Below, one piece after another: positions 36,616 to 49,250 of a stretch of 64,000 nt of DNA. The translations under genes and the position numbers were made by a program. This DNA is from Felis catus (Eukaryota), in NCBI RefSeq assembly GCF_018350175.1, contig NC_058368.1, forward strand, positions 118,422,001-118,486,000. Reading direction: 5' to 3'. Position 1 is the first letter of the stretch, and every line of letters starts with the position of its first letter. A model generated the notes under the pieces. It was given only the letters and a program-made list of their open reading frames with translations. It was not told the origin of the DNA and made no database searches.

Positions 36616-38329
36616 TGTTGGTGTAGTTTTAAAAATGGGTCTGCAGTGTCAGTATTATTGTCCCCATTTGACGGATGTGAAGCTTCAAGGACGATTATAT
36701 AACTTTGCCCAGGTCAGATGGGAAGGATCCCAGTGTGGTGCTGGGATCACAGCTCCAGATTTTCGGATTTCAGATCCTCTGCTTTTCCCGGTGTGATTCC
36801 CCCCTGCCACATGTCCTTCACACACCTTTTAAATCCCTCACACGACAAATCTGGAAATCAAAACAGTTTTTGTATAAAATCCATGTTCTGGAGCTTGCTG
36901 TGGTTACTGTTCACTCTCGTCCTCCTTGTCGTCTTTCCACTTTGCCTCAGAGTCCCTGAGATGAAGTAATGAAGTTTGGAGTCAAGCGGGCCTGGGATTA
37001 GGTTCCCATTAAGTTACTTGGCAAGAGCAAACAAAAGAGTCGACGTCATGAGAAACTTTCCCATTGTATCTCTAAGCTCAGTGGAGGATACTCTGTCGGA
37101 AAGTTCTGTTCTTCCCCTGAGAGGAATTAAGAAAGGGAGGAAAGATCTTGGCAAAATTCTGTGTTTTCACCCTCTCCCCTTCGACCAACCTCAGTGCTTT
37201 GTGTTCACTTCTCTGCTTTCCTCCTCTACCACCTACCTTGTAGATTTTCATGCTTAAGGACGTGATGCTGTTAAGGTATCTTGCTCCCTGGTGTTTTCGC
37301 TTGAACTTCACTTGAGGGATAAGGAGACCCACTTCTTAGGTTTGCAATGCCCAGTCGTGCCCACATTTCTCCCCTTGGCCCCGTTCTTGCCCCTCGGTGC
37401 TTTGCGGACCGGAAGAGCATAGGCTTGAGCGTTCATTACCTCTTAACTCTCACTTGAACAAAAGCAAAGAGATGCAAAGAAAGTGAATTTTGTAGTGAGG
37501 TGGGCAAAGGCATGATGGTGTCAGAACCATTGGGTCAGGGTAAGTCTGGAATAGAATGAAAGCTCTTGTAGTGTTGGCTGTATCACCTCAGTCAGATTAT
37601 TGGACCTTTTAGAGGTGGGTTTTGTTTTGTTTTGTTTGTCTTACATATACTTCAAGATCTTTGCAACTTTTAGAAATAATTAAATGAACTAAGCATCCCA
37701 GACAGTGTCTGGCACATAGTGGGGACTTAATAAATGATAGCTTTTAGTTCAGCTGCTACAAATGCACAAAAAATGGTGGTCTGAGGCACTTGGGTCTAGT
37801 ACTTACCCTGTAGGATCAATTTTGGAAAAGGAGGCACCTTTGGGATTAGTCTGGAACTTTGATTTTAGAGATGAAGAAACTGAAACCCTGTCACCATGTC
37901 AAAGCTGTAGAACTAATGTGGGGCAAAGCTGAAACTAGAACCCAGAACCTCTCTTAGGTTATGCTCTTTCTGTGGCATCATGACTGATTCAGTCCAGATA
38001 TTTACACCAGCATCTCCAGCACAGGGGTTGATGGAATGACCTGTGAAGGGGCGGAGATGTTAAGAAAGCAGTTCTTTGGACCCTATCCCAGACTATTAAA
38101 TCAAAATCTCTGGAGGTGTAGCCATGGGTCTTCATTTTAACAGACAGCTCAGATGATTCTTTAGCATCTTGGAAGTGTACATTTGTAGGCGTTTGAAATG
38201 AGTTTTTAGAAGTGAATTTGAGCCTTGTTGCTCTTGTGCTACGAGTTGATATTCACAGAGTTACCCTACAGGCATTATGGCCACTCTCATGGTAGCAAAT
38301 CGTAATCTAATGATACTAGAACTCAAGAT

Positions 38330-38612
38330 GTTCATGGTACCTACCACTTAGGGAATTCCTATTGTGTGCCAGGAATGGTCTGAGCACCTTCAGGCACTTA
38401 CAACAGTGCTTGGTGTATGGTAAGCACTTTATAAGTGTTCGTTGCCATCACCTCAATTTGCATAATGCCTCTTTGAGAGTTGTTATTGTCTGTTTCACAG
38501 ATGTAATAAATCACTGTACAGAGAGGTCAGATAATTTGCCCAAGATCACACAGTCAGCAGATGGCAGAACTGGTTTTTGAATCTCATGTGTGTCTGATAC
38601 TGAAACCCATGT
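38330..38612 (-). mobile_element. MIR remnant
   Basis: TTTCACAGATG..CAGAGAGGTCAGATAATTTGCCCAAGATCACACAG..TGGCAGAAC. Confidence 0.68.
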
Positions 38613-39149
38613 GGGATAGTAGATACATACCTGTGAAATATTTTTGCACTAGATACTAAAATTGAAGGGATTTTTTTTCGTTATAAGAATATCCCTCTGG
38701 GTTTCGTTGGTAAAGTCTGCTGAGACAGACCCAAGAGAGACCTCACACAGGTAAATAATCCCTATTCTGGCTTATTCAAAACAAAAAAGTTCTAGAGTGA
38801 GGGTTTCCTGAGAATGGAAGAGCTGGTTAAAAGAATTTGTTCATCAGGGACTGCCCTCATTTTTTGAGTCTCTCTTGGTGCCAAAGATACGGATGGTGAA
38901 AGGAGAGGGTGGCAGCCGGTCAAAGAGCCAAACTCTGCTTCTAAAGTTCAAAGAGCTCCATGGCCAGAGAACTTGGAAAAGTTTGTGCTGTCTGTGGTTT
39001 TGTATCTTTTCTGCTTGCTTTATGACATGAGTTGACCTGGAGATTGTGGGTTTTGTTGCACTGAACCCTCTAGCTGCACATGGAATGAGTCCCCTTCTAG
39101 TAGGATGTGGCTGAACTGCAGGTGAAGGCCTATTATTACTGATGTTGTA

Positions 39150-39722
39150 TGCTGCACCAGCTACTGTGCCTCCAAAACAGCTCCAAACTCGATGGTTTCC
39201 AAACCATACTGATGTCACTGGCGAATCTCAGTGTGGGCAGGGCTCATCAGGGACAGCCTGTTTCTGCTCCACATGGCATTGGGATGACTTCAGGCTGGGG
39301 GCTGGGATCGGCTGAATCCCTGCTCACTCACCTGTCTGGCCTCTGGGCTCAGAGGACTAAAACAGCTGTGGATGGGAGCAGCTGGTCATCCCTTTAGCCG
39401 GTCTTTCTGTGTGGTGTCTCCAGCATGGTGGCTTCGCCTCCATTAGGTGGCTCTGGGCTCCAGAGTCCTTTGTCCATGGGTGGGTGGCACACTATAGAGA
39501 GATGCCATAGTGCTTCTAATGACCCAGTTCTGAAGGCCTGCATTATTACTTCTGCCATTTTCTTTTGGTTGAGGTTGTTGCAGTGGCCCACCAGGTTTAA
39601 GGAGAGGGGAACATGGGCCCCACTGCTTCATAGAGGAGTGTCTATGTCTCATTCATCGTAGGAGTGACACGTGGGATGGGTTGTATTGGTGTCATCATCC
39701 TTGGAAAATAGAATCTGCCATA
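39150..39722 (-). mobile_element. Old MaLR LTR (MLT1H-like)
   Basis: GGGCAGGGCTCA..TTTCTGCTCCACATGGC, CTCACTCACCTGTCTGG, CTCCAGCATGGTGGC, TTGGAAAATAGAATCTGCCA. Confidence 0.72.
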
Positions 39723-42073
39723 GAAGTGTTGACTCTACTTTGCTAAATAGGCTATTTCAGGGCCTGGGTAGTTTATTGAGTCCCTTTATTCTCATACTTA
39801 GCATGATTTATGAATTTTCAGATGTCCGAAAGGCTAACAGTTTTTGGGTGGAACCTGAACTGAGTTTACGCAGAGCCATGTGCATATATATATATATATG
39901 CTGGGGAGTGGCTGGCAAAGCCTTACCTCATCATGGAGGAATAATCCTTAGATTATTTTTTCTTTCACAAGGGAACACATATCTTTGTCCACAAATCTAG
40001 CCAACTTTGCAAAGCGCTTAGTTACTGTAAGTTCTTTTGACATTTGTTTAATGGAGTCTAAAATGTTTAAGGAGCTTATGAACAAGACGTACAAGGTTTT
40101 TCTCGTACATAAAACTTAGATTCTTGCAGAAAAGGGAGACCGTACACAAGTCAGTGGATAAGACTTTCAAATAGTTATAAGGTTCCTAGGTACACAAATG
40201 GGAGAGCCCAGGATAAATGATAGTTGCATTAGTGTTATGTGGTCAGAATCTGAGTTAGTTGGCCAAAAGAGTCATCAGAAGATACTTCTGAGAAGTTTCA
40301 CTTAGCCCTCTTCCCCTGGGGCTCCATGTATGTATCGCATTCATAAGTGGAGATGAAATTGTCAAGGAATGGCTAATGTAAGCATGGGCTTGCTGACAAA
40401 ATCCTAGAATAATAGTTGGATTAGCCACACCTTCAATATCTACTTGACCAGTTTTATTTCTCTCCCCCTCCAAAGGAAGGTTCAATAGAGGTAATTTAGG
40501 AACATAAAAAGAAGTATTACTTTCACATAGTAAACGCATGTAATTCATTCATTTTCCCTGAGACTGAAAGTGTGAAAAGATTAAAAAAAAAGGTTTTATA
40601 AGTTTATGAAAACTGGGTCAGTAACAGGTTATTTAGGGAAGGCAGTAATGTTAGGATATGTTTCTTACCACTTAAGAATCTCTAAGGGCCTCTACGTGCT
40701 TTTCCTTTCACCATCTTATCCCATCCATTTCGATAAACAGTAATTGTCTGCCTTGTTTGGTCAGCTCCTTGGGGCTGAGGATAAACAGTAATCACAGTCC
40801 CTGTGTTCAGGGAGGGAGACATAAAAGAAACAATGAGACAAAATAGGTCATCAAAATAACCAGGAAAGAAACAAATCATAGATGATAGGGAGGGACTGAC
40901 TTCAGGTGAGGTGTCCCAGAAGGTCTCTGAGGAGGTGAATACGGGGGTCAGTTGTTGTGGTGCTCAGCCAGCAGCCCACACTGGAAGGTATATTGGCCCA
41001 AATCCAGGATATCAGTGCCACCATGTTTCAACTGTAATTGAGAAACGCTTGGATGGGAGCTGTTGGACGCTGTGCTTCCTGCAGTGTATTAAGTCCTTGT
41101 ATCCTTGAAGTCTAATAAGAACCTTTGCCCTAGCTGGAGTCGTCCAGGGTGACTAGTGACACTGAGTGAGTGTACTTCTGCGGAGCTCCTCCTATTCTGA
41201 GCTGGTCTGATGGAGCCGGTAGATTTGTTGGCTCTACCTGAAGCTTATCCCATGAGTGCTAGTGAGCAAGAGGTGTCAAAAGCCTGACCTCATCTTGGCT
41301 TCGTATTTTTGTTGGAGAGTAGTTGCTAAGTGACAGATCACTGTGGCTGGAGCAAAGGAGGTGGCCAATGGAAAAGGGTGGAGACAAGTGGAGTAGTGTA
41401 GTGTGAGTCCTGTTAAAAGAAGACTTCTAGGAACAAAAATCCAGAAAGAGAGATGGGGGGCAGAGGGAGGGAGGGAGAGAGAGAGAGAGAGAGAGAGATT
41501 CCAGAGGGAGGTCCTATTGCAAAATTTCCCACGTTTATTATGTTTACCTCTCCCCACTTCCCTTGTGATCTCTGCTCTTGGTTTTGGAGTTCATCGACTA
41601 TCTGGCTTGGTCAGAGCCCCTCAAGCCTGGGGGTAATTACTGGAGTAAGGTGGCCTGGTGTGTGAGAGTGCATTTACCCTTGTAGAACACTGTACAACTC
41701 TTCAGGGGGGAAGAGCCTTTAAATGGGAACATTTGGTTCAGATTATTTTGATTTGTGTTAACCGGTTGGTTCCAAAGTCATGACTTATTTTAGGAAATCT
41801 AATGGAGAACACTTGTAGGGTGTTAGGGGTTTGCTTTTTTCTCAAGTGCTATTTCTTCTGTATTCTTCTGTGGTCACCTTTCCTTGTTCTACAGATAATC
41901 CACTGATGTTTTCAGAACTTTATTGTCTTCTGAGAAGTCATCTTTCCTTGAAATTGTTTTGAACACAGGAGTGTGGAATGTTCTGGGCCTGTGAGTGTGT
42001 AAGACAGAAGGTTTGTGGTCATTTCCCCCTTTCCCTTAATGTTAATATTCTCACCTTTGTCGTGTGTATTTCT

Positions 42074-42306
42074 TTCTTTTTTTTTTTTTTTAATGTTTAT
42101 TTATTTTTCGAGAGAGAGATTGACAGAGTGTGAGCAGGGGGAGGGCAGAGAGAGAGAGAGGAAGACAGACTCTGAAGCAGGCTCCAGGCTCTGACCTGTA
42201 AGTACAGAGCCCGATGTGGGGCTCAAACCCACGAACTGTGAGATCATGACCTGAGCAGAAGTCGGATGATTAACCAACTGGCATGTGTTGCCATGACAGG
42301 CGCCCC
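42074..42306 (-). mobile_element. Can-SINE with rearranged 5' end (A-box disrupted)
   Basis: TSD TGTC[G/A]TGTGTATTTCT (42058-42073, 42307-42322); non-consensus insert at 42281-42296. Confidence 0.95.
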
Positions 42307-43649
42307 TGTCATGTGTATTTCTGATTACATGTGACCTTCATGGGCTAATGGAGTTTATCTTGGGTTCAGTACTCCACATAAGAAGTCTTTTGGATTAGGA
42401 TAGATTGAAATAAATGAGTTCATATGTTTCCGGAAGGATGAGGAGAAAAAAGTGTCTCGGGACCCCATGGGTGGAACCCAGCATTTTTTCTGGAAACAAA
42501 TAGTAGTTAAGTGAATGGTATTTAGAAATCTTTGTCACTTACCAGCCCTCTGACCTTGAATGGGCTGCTTTAACCTTTCCAAGGCCAATTTCCCGTCTGT
42601 AAAATAAGGTGGCACTTCAAAATTTCATTTTGAGGGTTAGATGACATACTATATGGAAAGGGCTAAGCCCTTAGTAAAATTTAATACATAAAACAACTGT
42701 TAACAGTAACAGGTGCCATTTGTGTGTGAAGACTTGACAGATGATATATTCTAGCTGTGAAGAGTGGGACTAAGTCATGAAAATTACCTTCCTTGAAGAA
42801 TCCTATCAGTTAGATGAATTTCTTGTAGGGATAAAGAAGCTTTGAGTCAAAAGTCACCCAAACCTTTGTTCTCCCAAACCCTGGTCTTCCAAAACCCTAG
42901 TATGGAAATCTCTTGTCTTCCGAGGCTCAGAGGTAAACCTTCCCACCTTGATAACTTCTTAAACTTATTTTGTTTTTGTTTTGTTATGTTTTTGTTTTCC
43001 TGCATCTGGAGAAGCTCGCCACGAATATCCCCTATCTCCTGTAACCACCCTGGAGGCTTCCAAGACCTCTCGGCACCTTGGATGACGTCGGATAGTTGGC
43101 TCTGGAACCCAGGCTTGTTCCCAAGTCTTGCTGGCTGCTGCTGCTGGTTTCCTGAGCTTGCAGCTGGGGGAAGAGTGATAGCTCCTGGGAGCCAGATCGA
43201 GGCCTGTCTCTCACCAGCATCTGGGTAGAGTTCAGGATGCAGGGTGATGGGCTCATTGAAGCAAACAACGTGGAGTTCATCAGCATAAAGATGGCACCTT
43301 AGATTGCTAGGACATGCTGTTTCATCAGATTGCAGTAATTAGAATGATGTCTGCCATTCACTGAATGGTTTGCTACATGCCAGGCATGCATGGAGCAGTA
43401 ATGTAAAATCTGCATTTTTCCAGCAAGGAAATGGAGGCCTTTGGTACTGATAGAACACACTCCACGCTGTCTGTATACTCCTTACAACTTCTTGATTTTT
43501 CTTAATATCTAGAAAATTTCTTAGTATCAGTGTGTGAAGACATGGGGCAAGATGGGTACAGTGGAAAGATGGTTGAACTCTAAGATGATAGATAACCAGT
43601 TTCTCCCCCAAGCTTGGCTGGGAGAAGGTGACAGTCATGTGGTGATTGG

Positions 43650-43860
43650 GATCCTAAGCTCTGGTCTCAGACAGATGTTCTCAGGGTTGAGTCCTGGCTC
43701 TGCCATTTCCTGATGAAGGGGCCTTGGTAAGTGGTGGCCTCCTCTAGGCCTCCATGTCCTCATCTGGGATTGATGATCGTTCTCTTTCCACCGTTGTAGG
43801 GACTAAATAGTACAGCACATGGTAAAGCACCTGGTAGGTGTTGGTACATTTGAGATAAAA
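43650..43860 (+). mobile_element. MIR remnant
   Basis: GGGTTGAGTCCTGGCTCTGCCATTT..CCTTGGTAAGT..TCCTCATCTG. Confidence 0.6.
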
Positions 43861-43919
43861 ATTAGAGACTGTTTTATGTTACTCTTTTTCAGAGATTCTT
43901 GTCTTCTCTTAATGAGTGG

Positions 43920-44110
43920 GTGGTTTTAAAGCCCTTCCCCTCCCCCTCCCCCTCCCCCCCCCCTTTGAGGGGAGTGTCACAGACCTTGTTGAGAATTCTG
44001 ATGAATGTTTTGGACTTTCTCCCAAGAAAATGCATGTTTATCCAAATCACACTCATTTTCGCAGGGTTCAGGACCTTCCAAAGCTCCTTGTCTGTGACCT
44101 CCTGAAGGTG
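43920..44110. mobile_element. hAT-Charlie-type MITE remnant
   Basis: GTCACAGACC..TTGAGAATTCTGATGAA..TGGAC..TCTCCCAAGAAAATGCA resembles a recalled Charlie-group consensus. Confidence 0.5.
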
Positions 44111-44449
44111 ACCCTTTCAACAGTTGTAGCCTCCTTTCCACAGAGATGCCTGCTGACCCTTGACCCAGGCCAGGCCATGTAGAAAAGCCTTTCCATGAGG
44201 CCTACAGCGACCGTGCTTCCTGCTTCTCTGCTCCATTCACTAACAAGCAGCCTCCTGATGTTTTGGCCCTGGCGTTGCTGCCCCGAACAAGCACCAGCAG
44301 TGTCCTTCAGAAGCTGCAGCTCTTGAGGGAGCTGCCAGAGGAGCAGGGAAAATCCGTCTTTGTCTTCCTTGGCTGGGTTATTTCAGAGATGAGAGAAGGG
44401 GGAAGGGGGAGGGAGCCACAGCCTCGGGGATCCCAGGAATAACAGAGCT

Positions 44450-44640
44450 CCTGTGTCCTGTGGCCTGCTCTGTGCCAGCAACTGTGGTAGGTGCTTTGCA
44501 GTCATCTTTTCCAGTCCTTTAAGAACTCTACCAGGTGGATGCTGTTACGAATCCCACTTTACAGACAAGGAAACTGAGGCTGAGAGAAGTTAGGCAAGTG
44601 GATGAGATGGGAGTCTGGTCCAGTCTGTGTCAGTCACGAG
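44450..44640 (-). mobile_element. MIR remnant
   Basis: CCCACTTTACAGACAAGGAAACTGAGGCTGAGAGAAGTTA. Confidence 0.72.
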
Positions 44641-46169
44641 CTTCTCTGTGCCATGTTGCTTCGGAGACCGGAGTTGGCCTCTGGAGGGAAGGGTAACTTC
44701 TCACCCTTTGCTGTTGATAAAGGAAGTGCTTTTCCTCCATCTGTGGATGCCGGCTTTGTTTTGTGCTCTAGGTGGCCTTTTCAGTGCCCAACTGCAGACA
44801 TGTATTTTTAGAAAAGGAAGAGACTTCTGGTTGTACTGTTTACGTCCAGGGACATTTCAGTCTGAGTACTAAAACAAGCTAAAGCAACCGAGTGTCAGCC
44901 CTGGTGGACGTCCGTCCCCTTGCTGGTGGCTCCATCTTTTGGCTGGCCGTGTCGGCCTCCCGTCTCTTGTCTTGATAGCCTCGTCTGAGTGCTGAGTCTG
45001 CATAGGGATCTGTTGCTGCCCCTCCCTCACTCAGCTCCCCCGTCTGGGCTTGCCACCAGCACAGCTCTTGGCCTGTTGGACATCCTTTTCTTCTGTTTCC
45101 CTGTTGGCATTTCCCCCCTTTTGCCTCCCTACACCCACCCCACCCACAAAGCTTTTCCCCGCCTCTAAGACCAACTGCATTCCAGGTTGTTGCTGTCAAA
45201 GAGCTGTAGCTTGGGTGCCAAGTGAAATTGGCCACCTCAGGCATCCAGGTAGAAAACTGAGCACTGGCTGCTTGGAGTTCATGTAGGGCCCTCTGCATCC
45301 CCATTACCTGCCCACGTTTACAGCTGACACATACCCAGTGCTCCTTGCATGCCCGACACTGGTTCCATGGATTATCTGTTTGCTCTTCCCACTAGCAGTT
45401 TAAAGGTGGTTCTGGTATTAACTGATTTTCCAGGTGGGAATACTGAGGCTTGGATGAGCCCGCGACCTGCCCACAGTCACATGGCTGAGGTAGTGCCTGC
45501 ACTTGGGTGGGAGCTTGGGTGCATGTGTGAAGGCAGGACAAGTCGGCACAGGAGAGAGTGCCCATCTTCATGCTTCCAGGAGGTTGTCCTTTGGTGGTGT
45601 GGCACGGGCGGGCCACAATTTCAGGTCCTTTGGAGGATTAGTCTCTTTGACCTTCTTCTGCTCTGACAAAGAGGATTTGGATGGGATTGCCTTGGGGGGT
45701 GGGGTGGGGTGGGGATTTTGTCCTATGGAGGGCTGCAGAACTGGGCCTGCCACTTTGCGATATGCATTGTCTTCCTCACTGATTTGCAACTGCGGTTCTC
45801 CCTTCCCCACCTCTTCCCTTTTGTACCCTGACTGGAGACTGCATGGTTGGAAAGACTTGAGGGAGAAGAGGAGGCTGTCCTGCACGATCCTGTGTATAGG
45901 ACGTTAAGCAACACTCGTAAGACACTTGCTTCTCTCATTATGGTAGTTTAACAGATGTCCTTCATTCTTTTTGATTCATTAGTTCCTTCATTATCTGTTG
46001 ATTAGTATGATTAAAGCATACACATATGTCAGTAGCTCTCCCTTAAAGGAGGTTGCCATGGGGACAGAAAGACGCAGAGCCAGCCAATATGCTAGGGATT
46101 TCTCATATATTATCTCAGAACAACCCTGTGAGGTAGATAGGACCCTGAAGAAAGTGGGGCAGTAGGGAC

Positions 46170-46420
46170 TAGTGACTGAGATGAGACCCGGATGTGGGAC
46201 TGCTAGAGGGAGAATCTCTGCTTTTTTGTTTGCTGTCTATGGACCTGGAACAAGTTACTTGACCTCTCTGACCTTTTGTTGTGCTCATCGGTGAAGTGGG
46301 GATAATAGTGCCTACTTGCTTCATAAGATTTTGAGGAACAAATGAGACAGCATTCTTCAGTTTCATAGCATTCCTCTGGTGGATAGGAAGGCCTCAGTAA
46401 AACGTGGCTGTTTTCCTCCT
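46170..46420 (+). mobile_element. MIR remnant
   Basis: CAAGTTACTTGACCTCTCTG..GGGGATAATAGTGCCTACT..CATAAGATTTTGAGGA. Confidence 0.65.
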
Positions 46421-46452
46421 TATTATTGCTAATCTTCTCTCCTTGTTTTAAA

Positions 46453-46649
46453 TGAAAAAAAAAAATGTACGTTTTTGAGAGAGAGACAGCGTGAGCACAG
46501 GAGGGGCAGAGAAAGAGGGAGACACAGAATTTGAAGCAGGCTCTCAGCTGTCAGCACAGAGCCAGATGCGGGGCTTGAACTCAAGAACCATGAGATCATG
46601 ACCTGACCTGAAGTCGGGTACTCAACTGACTGAGCCACCCAGGCACCCC
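46453..46649 (-). mobile_element. Can-SINE
   Basis: Perfect 13-bp TSD TCCTTGTTTTAAA (46440-46452, 46652-46664). Confidence 0.95.
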
Positions 46650-48559
46650 TTTCCTTGTTTTAAAGGTAAGGAAACCCAGCCTTGGGGAGGCTGTCCAAAC
46701 CCAGGTCACGGTGGATACAGCAAAGGACGGTAATGTTTTAACTGCTGTTACATGGCACAGAATGTCATAAAGAGGTCCAAGGGAGGGATGTGGCACCTGC
46801 TTTGTGTGGGTAGAGGGAGGTGCTGCAGGCAGACTGGCATGGACTTGAGGAAGACTTCATGGAGGAGGTGGCATTGGAAAGTTTGGCCCATCTGGACAAG
46901 TGGAGATGGGCAAGCTGAACATGGTTGGTGGAGGGAACAGCAAGGACAAATGCTCAGCACTGAGAATTGGGTGGTGTGCGAGTTCAGCAACCATTTGATT
47001 CAGAGCAGAAGAAACAGGACTGTGTAAGCCCCAGGAGGGTGGGGCTGGGCTGGGTTTATTCTGACCTATGGTAGGGCCTGCACCTGGGAGGGGCTTCTGG
47101 TAAAGTTGTTCATCCCAACTGAATGTCAGTGTCTGGAGGTGGGACAGCTTTAATTGGTGAAGGGGAGTGACTTGAGAGAGAAAAATATTGAACTTCAGTT
47201 GGAGAAGGGATTTGTGCTTGAAGTGAGGCCTGGGATTATTTATGCTGTGAAACATTGACTTCAGCCACCTTACTTAAACTGTAAGTTCTTCTAGACACTA
47301 GATTTGGTTTTACCTCGACTGTGAATCAGCTGCTCCTTGAGCTGTTGGTCAGCATTCTGATGGTAACAGTGGCGATCTCTCTCCCTGGGGTCTTTTAAAT
47401 TTGGGACCTCAGAACCTTGAACAAAGTTAAAGCTTGTTGGAAGTAAATATCATGTGTGGCCTTGTGGTTTTCCCAATTATGCTTCCCGTCTTTACCCTCT
47501 CTGTATTTTTCTGTATTGTCTGTGATCACACCTTCACTATAGGCAGCTCTCAGGCCTTGGCTCACCAGTAAAAGACAAATGCTTCTCATTTGATGTAACA
47601 TATTTGGTAGAGAGCAGTTGTGTGTAAATCTCTCTTTAGAGGGTGTACATGCTGCCCAGGTGTAACAAGCCTGCCTACAATAAATTCTTTTGGACAAAAA
47701 ATTACTTTAGTTTTGAACATCTGAGTCCTAACATAAGATTCTTTGCCTGATTTCCTTGCATTTAGTTTTTCTAGAGCAGGCTACAAGACTCGAAGCTCTT
47801 TAGAAGAGGGACCTGCTCCCTCAGCGTTGGTAGTCCAGGCATGGCTTGTAGGAATTAACCAATGGACTTCTGATTCATGGGTCATGGAGTTTGTCTTTAG
47901 TTCCTGTTTGGTTTCCAGGCCTTTGCCCTAAATTCTTTATAAACTGGAGGTAGTGATCTAGTTGATCTCTGACTGTCTCTGCCGTGGTGTTTGTCAGTTC
48001 CATCCCAACCTCCAACTTGATCTGGAAAAAAAAAAAAAAAAAGGTTTTATCATCATGTTTTCTGAGCCACAAACTACAGCTTAAAAGGGGGCAAACGGAT
48101 GGGAATAGAGGTCTGCAGTTTTAGAAAATAAGTTTTTAAAGATTCAAACCGTTGAGAAGATAGGGTAATTTTCACCTTAACTAGAGCAATTCAAGTAGGT
48201 TTTCATGGTGAAGTAGGTTGGGCTTTGTCATCGCTCTAGTATTCCTCACCGTTGAGTGACACAGGCTACCATACTAAACACACACACACACAGCCAAAAC
48301 TAATAATGAAAACCACAGGACTTGAGAACAGATGGAGCAGTGGCAGTTGCACTTTTTGTCTCTCTCCTCCCAAAGCACTCACGTGTGCATTGGCTTGTCT
48401 TCCACAGAGATGAAGGATGCTTGGGAAGGTGTGTGTCCATAGTCAAATATTACCTACCCTGTGGTTTTTGAATATCCTGTACTATGTGGGTGGAGAGAAA
48501 AAGGAACTGTCCCTGTAATTAATACAGTCAGTTACTCAGTCCCCCTCCTCCCCCAAGGC

Positions 48560-48632
48560 CCACCCACTGGCCCTCTTAATGTTCTTCCTGTTAGGCATAG
48601 CCCTCCTGCCTTTGGATGCTTTTTCCAGAGTC

Positions 48633-48665
<33 letters not shown>

Positions 48666-49250
48666 CCAACTGGGCATCTTTAGACTACTCTATCAGTAGG
48701 ATGTTTTCCTCTTTGTCTGCAAACATGCTGAAGTCTTTATTATCTTTAAAACAACGGGGGGAGGGGGAAGCAATCCCAACAAAACTTCACTTTGTACTTG
48801 TCCTATTATGTGCCATCATGTGTAGATGCCTCTTTATAGCTAAGCTTCTTAGAAGAATATTCTGTATTTACTGCCTCTGTTGCTTTATGCACCAAAAACC
48901 TGGAAGTCTGGCTCTTGCCCCCTAGTTCTTTATTGTACCTGATGTCTCAGAGGTCCCTGGGACAACCTAGTTAATTAAACCAGATTCTTCTTAGCATTCC
49001 TCTCCTTTCTTGAGAGTCCTCTTTTTCCTTCATTGACTGGATGCTCTCCAGGCTTCCTTTGCTCCTTCTGAGAGTCCCTTCCTAGCTCATCCTCTGTGTC
49101 CTGTGGATCTTGACGAGATTTCTGGCAATCTTTAACCTCCCAGACCAAATGATCTGTCTCTCTGTGTTACTGATCTCTCCAGTCCTGGCCTCTGTCACCA
49201 CCATGTGTACCTGATTCCCAGACCTCTCTGCAGCAGTGTCAAGTCCTTCT
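48560..49250 (+). mobile_element. Decayed L2 ORF2-region remnant
   Basis: AAACATGCT..TCTTTAAAA, CCTCTTTATAGCTAAGCTTCTTAGAAGA..CTGTATTTACTGCCTC, AGTCTGGCT. Confidence 0.5.
48634..48664. repeat. Poly(C)31
   Basis: Counted directly. Confidence 0.97.

Noticed and set aside
42990..43230. Possible coding exon in a GC-richer stretch with a CRE-like TGACGTC
   Set aside because: No convincing acceptor/donor pair and no recognisable protein similarity
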